The position numbers were made by a program, and so were the translations under genes. 64,000 nucleotides of DNA, from contig JALMLS010000440.1 of NCBI GenBank assembly GCA_038496445.1, positions 1-64,000 of the forward strand, in the 5' to 3' direction. The number at the start of each line of letters is the position of its first letter. The first letter of the stretch is position 1. Shown here piece after piece: positions 26,002-37,555 of the stretch. This stretch comes from Trichosphaerium sp. ATCC 40318 (taxonomy: Eukaryota > Protista > Tubulinea). The notes under the pieces were generated by a model that searched no databases, had not been told where the DNA came from, and saw nothing but the letters and a program-made list of their open reading frames with translations.

Positions 26002-27736
26002 TTAAGTTAGTATTACAATTTTACAATGAAACAACAACCATATGAAGCAGTACATCCAAATGTTGGAGGGTATGTGGTTGTTACTGGCATTACATTCGGT
26101 AGTCTTTAGGCGGAGAAGAGTTGCAAACCTGGTAAAAGATCTTGTTTGTTCAAAACATTGATTAACTCCCAACAGAATCTTTGGTGTGACTTCTTTGCAA
26201 TCTTTAAGCTGTGATATCAATATTGAAGCTGTCTACAATAAACACGTGATTTAGTATATCAATAAATAACGGCTTTTTTGTTAATATACAGGTACCTTGA
26301 GAGATGTCGCATCAATACTAAAGGATCCATTGATACAACCAGTCACATTCAATATTGTATTTGGCTTAACAAGTTTAAGTATTGTGTCATTGAATGTGGC
26401 CATCCCTTTTGATGGTTAGAAAATAAACAAGTACGTTGTATTTAGTGTACCATCAATGTATAGATCAACATCAAACACAACAATACTTTCGGTTGGTATA
26501 AAGTCTCCTTACAGAGCTGTTACTCCCTGAGAAACAAAACTTTGTATTTACCTGTGCTAGTTGGCATTGGTGCTAGCGTTCGATTTGTTTTTTCAATCTC
26601 ACATATAAAACCGGCAAGTGCTTGACAATATGAGTCGGCCCATTGGCTTCTACGGAACACGCAGTGTTCTTTTATACCATTTACAGTTTTATTCTGTGGT
26701 TCATTTGAAGCCCAAGGTGATTGATAAAATACAGTCCCAAAATCAAATGATTCATTCGTTACTGCCTTGTAATAATGTTAAAGACACAAGCTTATACAAC
26801 TGTGTACCCATCGAAAGTCAAGGTGGTCACTTCCATATCCGCTTGTCAATCCAATCCAAATAAACTCTGATGGGGAGATAGCTTCAATGATATCCCATTC
26901 TTCTGAATTTGTGATTGTAACAAGGTATCCACCCTGAAGCAAACAATATCCTGGAAGGTTACTTTACAATAGTTTAATTAGAAAAAGTACCTTGAGCTTC
27001 ATGCCATGTAACTAGTTTATCTGTAACTAAATTATAGCAATTTCCTTGGATAATACTCAACACGTGATGATGTGAGTCGTTTCGAATTAAATGATACCTG
27101 AAGACGGGTTTTCATAATCACATGATACATTCTGTTGTATCTGTATACAAGGTGTTGATACTGATGGAACAGTATGTGAAGGCGCTTCACAAACATAATG
27201 GTTTGATCTACAAATACCATTTTGAACAATCTATCCAAAAAAAAGATCAATAAAATCCGTTGTTAGCGTCGAGACGTAGAGAACGATGCTCACCCCTCCT
27301 ATGAGCGTAGGACAGTTTTCATCATCAATTTTAGAACCAACATAGTCCGTTTGGAAAACATTGCGATTTACTTGTGTATTGTCGTACCACGTGTAGTTAT
27401 TTCCAGTACTAACTGTAATGTTCATACGCAAAAACTAGTGTAACAGTTAATTTTATAGGTGACACGTGAAATGATTAATCACGTGCGTACGGGAAATAAA
27501 GTCATTACAGATGCTTCCATAATACTATCTAATTTGAGAGGATAGAACCCTGTGAAAGATTATTAATGTAGAACGATGGAGTTAATGTTACCATTCTCGC
27601 ATAAGAAATCACCGCCTGTGTCGTTATGAAGGACGTATGTGTTATTTTCCCAAAAGCACCTCGAAACAACCTCGCACGTACTTTTATAGGTGCAAATAAT
27701 TATAAGCAAAGATAAAAGAGCAACAGTAGAACGCAT
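26002..27736 (-). CDS. C-type lectin surface protein paralog L6 (short stalk)
   Basis: Loop PWASNEPQNKTVNGIKEHCVFRRSQWADSYCQ; same intron positions. Confidence 0.87.
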
Positions 27737-27864
27737 GTAGGACTTTAACTTTTTTTTTCTCAAAACCAAAATGTGAGTACACTTTAAGCCAAGGTCTTTT
27801 TAGGAAGTTCGTGTTTTTCTCTGTTGTTAATGCACTCGCTGAGATTGATTTATCTTGAATAGTA

Positions 27865-29663
27865 TTATTCCAAAGCCAATACAATCAAAGTAAGTATAAG
27901 CCACAACAGTACGGTGATTATGTTGCTATGACTTTTTGTGCACATGAATACTTGAACCTGGAGAATACTAGCTATTCCAGAAGAACTTCTTGTTTGCTTC
28001 ATACATTGGTTTTCACCCAATAGAATGTTGGGTTCTACTTCTTCACAGTCTCGAAGCTGTGATATCAACATTGAAGCTACCTATTAAAACATGATTAAAA
28101 AATCCGAGAAATAGAATAATACAAAAAGTTATGTGACGTACCTCAAGAGATGTTGCGTCAATGTTAAATGGGCCATTGATACAATCAGTCACGTTTAATA
28201 TTGTATCACGTTTAACAAGTTGAAGCGTTGTATTACTAAACCAAGCCTTACCTATTAACAAAGACATCAGAACGGTTTTGGAAATACAACGATACATACC
28301 ATCAACAAACAGATCAACATCAAGTACAATAATGCTATCAGTTGGTCTAAAATCACCTTACAACAAGCTAAGTAAATGGTAGTGGACCCATAAAACTGTA
28401 CCTGAGCTCGTTGGCATTGTTGTAGTTGGCTCTGCAGTTGGTGTTTCTGTTGGAATGGCTGGTTCAATTTCACAAATAAAGTTGAAAGGTCCTAGACAAT
28501 ACGCGTCGCCCCAAACAACAGCTGGTGGCATTTCATTTCGTCTGGTGAATACACAATTTTCTTGTACACCGTTGTTTATTCTATCTTCTGGCTCAATTAA
28601 GCCCCATGGGCTTTGCATAAATACTTCTCCAAAAAGACGTGATTCATTCGTTACTGCCTGTTTTGGACTATTAATAACAACAACCATGTGATCCTTGCTT
28701 TTTAGCTTACCCATTGAAAGTCAAAGTGATCACTTCTGTATCCACTCGTCAGCCCTAGCCATAGACTTTCAACTGTCACTGATGGTAAAATAAGATCAGT
28801 AATATTAAATTCCTCAATGCTTGTAATTGTCGCAAGGTATCCTCCTTGTTGCAAACAAAATCCTAATTGGTAATTATGTTTCGTTTGGTTTTATTAAGAT
28901 TACTATGCGTACCTTGAGCTGCAGGCCAAGAAAGCAATCTATCAGTAATTACACTGTAACAATTTTCTGAGGAGTATTTTGTTAGTAGAAACAAGAAAAA
29001 CAAAGCAAACTTGTTGTTCCTAATCACCCACCTGAACTTAAACTCACATTATTACAAGATACATTCCGTGATACATGTACACAAGGTTTTGATAATGGGG
29101 TGGAATTATTTGAAGGTGCTTCACAAACGAAATGATCTGAAGCACAACTGTTTTGTATAATCTATTTTGGGGAAAGACGATTAATTCATTTATAGAAATT
29201 GCCGCCCGCGTACACCTCCTACAAGCGTAGGACAGTTATTATCATTGATTATGGTCCCACGATATGCCCTATCCATAGCAAGGGTATTTACTTGTGAGCC
29301 GTCAAACCAAAAATACTCATTTGTGTTTTGAGTTGTAATATCCAAGCGTAAGTTCTTGTTTGATTAGCTCGCACGTGATTTTAGAAAGGTGCAAAAAAAA
29401 CCAATTGGCGTACTGGAAATAAAGACATTACAGATGCCTCCATAATACTGTCGACTTTGAGAGGATTGAAGCCTGGAAAAAAAGTAAATCTCTCACCTTT
29501 ACAGGCTTTTTCTCCTAAAACCGTTCATACAAGAATCGCTAGTTACGTTGCTATGAAGGACGTAGGTTGTACCTTCCCAATTACACATAGAAACCACTTC
29601 GCACGTGCTCTTTGAGCAGTAAATAATGAGAATTAACAATAAGAGCGTCATTTGGGAAGTCAT
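27865..29663 (-). CDS. C-type lectin surface protein paralog L7
   Basis: Loop PWGLIEPEDRINNGVQENCVFTRRNEMPPAVVWGDAYCL; PTETPT stalk. Confidence 0.88.
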
Positions 29664-29981
29664 GCTGTATTTGGGAACAAAGTTAGCTCTAAATTTATTT
29701 ATTATTTCTCCTTTGTGAACTTAATTATAGAACATGTGGCTTAAAGTGACTATTTAGACTATATTTTGCAATTGCCAGGATGCCCTGCAAGTGTAAGTGA
29801 TGTACTTTTTTGGTTTTCTTACAATTAAGGTTCTTCCAAATTAATAACGCAATCAGTCAAGTTTAACTCTTTTTTTTTTTTTTACAACAAATGTGTACAC
29901 GTGTTGAGCAATCTATTTAGGAAGTTCGTGTTTTTCTCTGTTGTTAATGCACTCGCTGAGATTGATTTATCTTGAATCGTA

Positions 29982-31775
29982 TTATTCCAAAGCCAATACA
30001 ATCAAAGTAAGTATAAGCCACAACAGTGCCGTAATTATATTGCTATGACTTTTTGTGCACGTGAATACTTCAACCTGGAGAATACTAGCTATCCCAGAAG
30101 AACTCCTTGTTTGCTTCATGCATTGGTTAGAACCCAATAGAATGTTGGGTTCTACTTCTTCACAGTCTCGAAGCTGTGATATCAACATTGAAGCTACCTA
30201 TTAAAAAATCATGAGTAAAAAATCCGAGCAATAGAATAATACAAAGTTATGTGTACCTCAAGAGATGTTGCGTCAATGTTAAATGGGCCATTGATACAAT
30301 CAGTCACGTTTAATATTGTATCACGTTTAACAAGTTGAAGAGTTGTATTACTAAACCAAGCCTTACCTATTTACAAGACATCAGAACGGTTTTGGAAATA
30401 CAACGATACATACCATCAACAAACAGATCAACATCGAGTACAATAATGCTATCAGTTGGTCTAAAATCACCTTACAACAAGCTAAGTAAATGGTAGTGGA
30501 CCCATAAAACTGTACCTGAGCTAGTTGGCATCGTTGTAGTTGGTTCTGTTATGGGCGCTTCAGTTGGTGTTTCTGTTGGAATGGCTGGTTCAATTTCACA
30601 AACAAAGTTGAACGGGCCTTGACAATACCCGTCACCCCAAACAATAGCTCCAAACATGTTTCGTCTGGTGAATACACAATTTTCTTGTACACCGTTGTTT
30701 ATTCTATCTTCTGGCTCAGCTGCAGCCCAAGGGCTTGTCATAAATACATCTCCAAATAGAAAAGATTCATTCGTTACTGCCTGTTTTGGACTATTAATAA
30801 CAACAATATCACGTGATCCTTGCTTTTTTAGCTTACCCATCGAAAGTCAAAGTGATCACTTCTGTATCCACTTGTCAACCCTATCCATAGACTTTCAACT
30901 GTCACTGATGGTAAAATAAGATCAGTGATATTATACTCCTCTAAGCTTGTAATTGTCGCAAGGTATCCTCCTTGTTGTAGACAGTATCCTAGCAGCAGTG
31001 GTTTATTTCTTTTAAATACTTTGTTTTAAAGCGTACCTTGAGCTTCAGGCCATGTAACCAGTCTATCAGTAATCATACTATAGCAATTACCTGCGAAAAA
31101 GCAATCAATATTATGTTCGCTATTGGTTGCTAGTCAATACCTGAACTAGTGCTATTATAATCACATGATACGTTTTGTGCTACCTGTACACAAGGTTCTG
31201 ATGTTAAAGGAATCAAAGCTGCTTCACAGACGAAATGATCTGAAGTACAACCATTTTTAATAAGCTAGTATGGCAAAAGGTGATTAGTTCATTTTTCGTT
31301 TTTACTCGCACTATCATCCACGTACCCCTCCTATCAGACTAGGACAGTTTTCATCATTGATCCTAGTCCCACGATATTCTCTATCCATAGCAAGGGTATT
31401 TACTTCTGAGCCGTCAAACCAAAAATATTCATTTTGGTTTTGAGTCGAAATATTCAACCTTAAATCCTTTGATAATTTAGCTCGCACGTGATTTTGAAGA
31501 TGAAAAACATTTTAATATCGTACTGGAAATAAAGACATGATAGACGCTTCCATAATACTATCTACTTGGAGAGGATTCCCTAAGATAAAGTAAATTTGGT
31601 GACCTTTTAAAGTTCTTTCGCCCCACAACGTACCTATCGAACAATAATCGCCATCTGTGTCATTATGAAGGATGTAGGTTGTACCTTCCCAATTACACAT
31701 CGAAACCACTTCGCACGTGCTCTTTGAGCAGTAAATAATTAGAATTAACAATAAGAGCGTCATTTGGGAAGTCAT
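29982..31775 (-). CDS. C-type lectin surface protein paralog L8
   Basis: Loop PWAAAEPEDRINNGVQENCVFTRRNMFGAIVWGDGYCQ. Confidence 0.88.
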
Positions 31776-32176
31776 GCTGTATTTGGGACACAAAATTAGT
31801 CTATTTATTTATCATTTCTCCTTTGTGAACTTAATTTTCGAACACGTGGCTTAAAGTGACTATTAAGACTATATTCTGCAATTGCCCAGGATGCCCTGCA
31901 AGTGTTGGTGATGTGTTGTATTAGGGGTTTTTTTTACAATTAAAGAATTGATAGATTACTCAAAGTATCTACAGCTGTTTTTCGGAGTTCTTCCAAAGAG
32001 ATTACAAGGATCAACTCTCCACATCTATAACGTAATACAGAGTCACAGATGGAGAGTTTAACTTTTTTTTTACAACAAATGTGTACTTTTAACCCAATCT
32101 ATTTAGGAAGTTCGTCGTTTTCTCTGTTGTTAATGCACTCGCTGAGATTTATTAATTTGAATTTAATATTATTGTA

Positions 32177-33985
32177 TTATTCCAAAACAAATGGAATCAA
32201 AGTAAGTATAAGCCACCATAGTACGGTGATTATGTTGCTATGACTTTTTGTGCATGTGAATACTTCAACCTGGAGAATACTAGCTATTCCAGAAGAACTC
32301 CTTGTTTGTTTAAAGCATTGGTTTTCACCCAATAGAATGTTGGGTTGTACTTCTTCACAGTCTCGAAGCTGTGATATCAACATTGAAGCTACCTATTAAA
32401 AACATGATTAAAAATCCGAGCAATAGAACAAAAAGTTATGTGACATACCTCCAGAGATGTTGCGTCAATGTTAAATGGGCCATTGATACAATCAGTCACG
32501 TTTAATATCGTATCACGTTTAACAAGTTGAAGCGTTGTATTACTAAACCAAGCCCTACCTATTAACAAAGACATTAGAACGGTTTCTCAAATATCTACTA
32601 AGTCATACCATCAACAAACAGATCAACATCAAGTACAATAATGCTATCAGTTGGTCTAAAATCACCTTACAACAAGCTAAGTAAATGGTAGTGGACCTAT
32701 AAAACTGTACCTGAGCTTGTTGGCATTGTTGTAGTTGGCATCGTTGTTGGTTTCTGTTATGGGCGCTTCAGTTGGTGTTTCTGTTGGAATGGCCAGCTCA
32801 ATTTCACAAATAAAGTTTTCCAGCCTTTCACAATACCCGTCACCCCAAACAACAGGTTCAATCACATCATTTCGTCTAGCGAATACGCAGTTTTCCTGTA
32901 CACCATTATCTAATTGACCTTCTGGCTCATCTGCAGCCCAAGGGCTTGTCATAAATTCATCTCCAAATAAAAAGATTCATTCGTTACTGCCTGTTTTGGA
33001 CTATTAATAATAACATCACGTGATTGTTTTGTTTTTTAGCTTACCCATTGAAAGTCAAAGTGATCACTTCTGTATCCACTTGTCAACCCTATCCAAAAGA
33101 AATCTGTGGTGATTGATGGAAAAATAAGATCAGTGATATTATACTCCTCTAAGCTTGTAATTGTCGCAAGGTATCCTCCTTGTTGTAGACAGTATCCTAG
33201 AAGCAGTGGTTTATTTCTTTTAAATACTTTGTTTTAAAGTGTACCTTGAGCTTCAGGCCATGTAACCAGTCTATCAGTAATCATACTATAGCAATTACCT
33301 GCGAAAAAGCAATCAATATTATGTTCGCTATTGGTTGCTAGTCAATACCTGAACTAGTGCTATAATAATCACATGATACGTTTTGTGATACCTGTACACA
33401 AGGATCTGATGTTAAAGGAATCGAAGGTGCTTCACAGACGAAATGATCTGAAGTACAACTGTTTTGAATAAGCTAGTATGGCAAAAGGTGATTAGTTCAT
33501 TTTCGTTTTTACTCGCACTATCATCCACGTACCCCTCCTATCAGACTAGGACAGTTATTATCATTGATTGCAGAAAAACGATAGTCCCTATCCATAGCAA
33601 GGGTATTTACTTCTGTGCCGTCAAACCAAAAATACCTCAATCTGAATTGAGTCGAAATATTCAACCTTAAATCCTTTGATAATTTAGCTCGCACGTGATT
33701 TTGAAGATGAAAAACATTTGATATCTATCGTACTGGAAATAAAGACATGATAGACGCTTCCATAATACTATCTACTTGGAGAGGATTCCCTAAGATAAAG
33801 TAAATTTGGTGACCTTTTAAAGTTCTTTCGCCCCACAACGCACCTATCGAACAATAATCGCCATCTGTGTCATTATGAAGGATGTAGGTTGTACCTTCCC
33901 AATTACACATCGAAACCACTTCACACGTGCTTTTTGAGAAGTAAATAATTAGAATTAACAATAAGAGCGTCATTTGGGAAGTCAT
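32177..33985 (-). CDS. C-type lectin paralog L9; +1 frameshift in the stalk (truncated/secreted form, pseudogene or assembly error)
   Basis: Loop PWAADEPEGQLDNGVQENCVFARRNDVIEPVVWGDGYCE. An extra A at ~32751 shifts the stalk frame. Confidence 0.8.
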
Positions 33986-34600
33986 GCTGTATTTGGGAAG
34001 ACTAGTTTTAAGTCGAGTTTAGTCGACAAAGCCAAAAGTCGAAGTTGAGGTCAAAGTCAAAAAACACATGTAAATAAAAAAACTGTTTGGCGACTCATGG
34101 ACGCTGTTAACAACACAACTAAAAAATACCAACTAGTTTTCGCGTTGATTTGTTCAGAGTTGTTTTTTTTTTGAATTCAAACAAAAAAAGTCGAGCTGTG
34201 TTTTTTGAGTTGAACAGTACTTATTTATTTATTATTCCTCCTGTTAACTTTGGAACGCGTGGCTTAAAGTGACTATTTAGACGATATTTTGCAAAAACAC
34301 AGGATGCCTTGCAAGTGTAGGTGATGTGCTGTTTTAGGTTTTTTTTTACAATTAAAGAATTGATAGATTACTCAAAGTATCTACAGCTGTTTTTCGGAGT
34401 TCTGCCAAAGAATTTACGAGAATTAACTCTCCACATTTGTTTTAGTGTGCTTGATGCAATGCACACTCCAAGTTGTATGGATTTTTTTAACCATATGCAA
34501 ATGGAGAAGTTTTCAATTAAGGTTACAGTCGAGCAAAGCACTTAACAAAGCTTTGAAGTACAAACTAATTGATTTAAGGTTCGATTTTAAGTTTCTAACG

Positions 34601-34995
34601 TTAGCGAACATCTGATTTGGGTGAAAAAATAATACGGTTTTCGTGTACAGTAATATTATTTGCACCTAAAGTAACGGATGCTTTGGAACGATGTTTTTCT
34701 GGTTTGGTTATAAACAAAACAAGTGCGGGTGCTCCAACACTACCAACGATAAATATTAAAATACTCTCAGCTATCATCCATATAGATAAAGAGAGCCCTA
34801 AATATAGTATAAGACAAGTTGACAACCACGTGATTACAACAATATTGTAAAATATGAACGATAGGTACCTAGAGTTTTACAATCATCTACAGAGAAGTAT
34901 ACAATGCCAAGTACTAATTGTATGGTTGCTAGGATATAAAAAGGGCTACCAAATAAACTAGTAAATAGAATAACAGCGTTGTTCTCTTCGGACAT
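34601..34995 (-). CDS. Small two-exon membrane protein (~105 aa) carried on a 634-bp insertion; may be a fragment of a longer gene
   Basis: MSEENNAVILFTSLFGSPFYILATIQLVLGIVYFSVDDCKTL|GLSLSIWMIAESILIFIVGSVGAPALVLFITK..., with a GT-AG intron in phase 1. Confidence 0.5.
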
Positions 34996-35219
34996 GTTGT
35001 TTCGACTATTTTAATGGAGAGTTTCAAAAAAGTTTGCGACAAAGATAAAATACCATTATCGTACACAGATTTATAACGTAGTACAGAGTCACAGATGGAG
35101 TTTAACTTTTTTTTAAAACAAATGTGTACTTTTAACCCAATCTATTTAGGAAGTTTGTCGTTTCTGTTTTGTTAATGCACTCGCTGAGATTTATTAATTT
35201 TGAATTTAATATTATTGTA

Positions 35220-37023
35220 TTATTCCAAAGCCAATGGAATCACAGTCATTATAAGCCACAACAGTGCCGTAATTATATTGCTATGACTTTTTGTGCACGT
35301 GAATACTTCAACCTGGAGAATACTAGCTATTCTAGAAGAACTCCTTGTTTGTTTAAAGCATTGGTTTTCACCCAATAGAATGGAGGGTTGTACTTCTTCA
35401 CAGTCTCGAAGCTGTGATATCAACATTGAAGCTACCTATTAAAAAACGTGTGAAAACCGAACAATAAAAAAAAAGAAAAGGCAAAGTGACGTACCTCAAG
35501 AGATGTTGCGTCAATGTTAAATGGGCCATTGATACAATCAGTCACGTTTAATATTGTATCACGTTTAACAAGTTGAAGAGTTGTATTACTAAACCAAGCT
35601 TTACCTATTAACAAGACATTAGAACGGTTTTGGAAATACAACGATACATACCATCAACAAACAGATCAACATCAAGTACAATAATGCTATCAGTTGGTCT
35701 AAAATCACCTTACAACAAGCTAAGTAAATGGTAGTGGACCTATAAAACTGTACCTGAGCTGGTTGGCATCGTTGTAGTTGGTTCTGTTATGGGCGCTTCA
35801 GTTGGTGTTTCTGTTGGAATGGCCAGCTCAATTTCACAAATAAAGTTTTCCAGCCTTTCACAATACCCGTCATGCCAAACAACAGGTCCAATCATATTAT
35901 CTTGTCTAATGAATACACAGTTTTCCTTTACGCCATTAATCATTTCATCTTCTGGCTCAGCTGCAGACCAAGGGCTTGTCATAAATACATCTCCAAATAG
36001 AAAAGATTCATTCGTTACTGCCTGTTTTGGACTATTAATAACAACAACAATATCACGTGATCCTTGCTTTTTTAGCTTACCCATCGAAAGTCAAAGTGAT
36101 CACTTCTGTATCCACTTGTCAACCCTATCCATAGACTTTCAACTGTCATTGATGGAAAAATAAGATCAGTGATATTATACTCCTCTAAGCTTGTAATTGT
36201 CGCAAGGTATCCTCCCTGTTGTAGACAGTATCCTAGAAGCAGTGGTTTATTTCTTTTAAATACTTTGTTTTAAAGCGTACCTTGAGCTTCAGGCCATGTA
36301 ACCAGTCTATCAGTAATCATACTATAGCAATTACCTACGAAAAAGCAATCAATATTATGTTCGCTATTGGTTGCTAGTCAATACCTGAACTAGTGCTATT
36401 ATAATCACATGATACGTTTTGTGATACCTGTACACACGGATCTGACATTAAAGGAATCGAAGGTGCTTCACAAACGAAATGATCTGAAGTACAACTGTTT
36501 TGAATAAGCTAGTATGGCAAAAGGTGATTAGTTCATTTTTCGTTTTTACTCGCACTATCATCCACGTACCCCTCCTATCAGACTAGGACAGTTATTATCA
36601 TTGATTATAGTACCACGATATGCCGTATCCATAGCAAGGGTATTTACTTGTGAGCCGTCAAACCAAAAATATTCATTTTGGTTTTGAGTCGAAATATTCA
36701 ACCTTAAATCCTTTGATAGTTTAGCTCGCACGTGATTAATTGAAGATGAAAACATTTTGATATCTATCGTACTGGGAATAAAGACATGATAGACGCTTCC
36801 ATAATACTGTCTACTTGGAGAGGATTCCCTAAGATAAAGTAAATTTGGTGACCCTTAAAGTTCTTTCGCCCCACAACGTACCTATCGAACAATAATCGCC
36901 ATCTGTGTCATTATGAAGGATGTAGGTTGTACCTTCCCAATTACACACGGAAACCACTTCGCACGTGCTCTTTGAGCAGTAAATAATGAGAATTAACAAT
37001 AAGAGCGTCATTTGGGAAGTCAT
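35220..37023 (-). CDS. C-type lectin surface protein paralog L10
   Basis: Loop PWSAAEPEDEMINGVKENCVFIRQDNMIGPVVWHDGYCE. Confidence 0.88.
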
Positions 37024-37555
37024 GCTGTATTTGGGAAGACTCAGTTTTAAGTCAAGTTGAGCTCGAATTCAAAAAAACCAATTTTCATTAGAGATAGTAA
37101 TGGACCCAGATTTTCGAAAACTGTTGAAAAGTGGAATTGTAAATACTGAAATAGTTCACTTTTGGTTCTTTTTTCAAAAAGTGTTAACAATTTCAGTTGT
37201 CCATACCATCTCTTCTTATTTCTTGTTTTATTTTAAATGCACAAACTTTGTATTGGCTAGGAGGGTTTATCTCACACAATCTGATGTTTGGCGACTCATG
37301 GACACTGTTAACAGCACAACTAAAAAAAAAACCAACTAGTTTTCGTTTTGATTTGTTCAGAGCTGTTTTTTTTTGAATTCAAATAAAGAAGTCAAGTTGT
37401 GTTGAGTTGAACAGTACTAATGAACAAAATTATTTATTTATTATTTCTCCTTAATGTGAACTAGAACGTGTGGCTTAAAGTAACTATTTAGACTATTGTC
37501 TGAAATGCTCAGGATGCCTTGCAAGTGTAGGTGATATGCTGTTTTAGGTTTTGCT

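Noticed and set aside
19727-37023. Diversity-generating retroelement acting on the C-type-lectin genes
   Set aside because: No reverse transcriptase or intronless template repeat in the window. Differences between paralogs involve all four bases and indels rather than adenine-specific changes.
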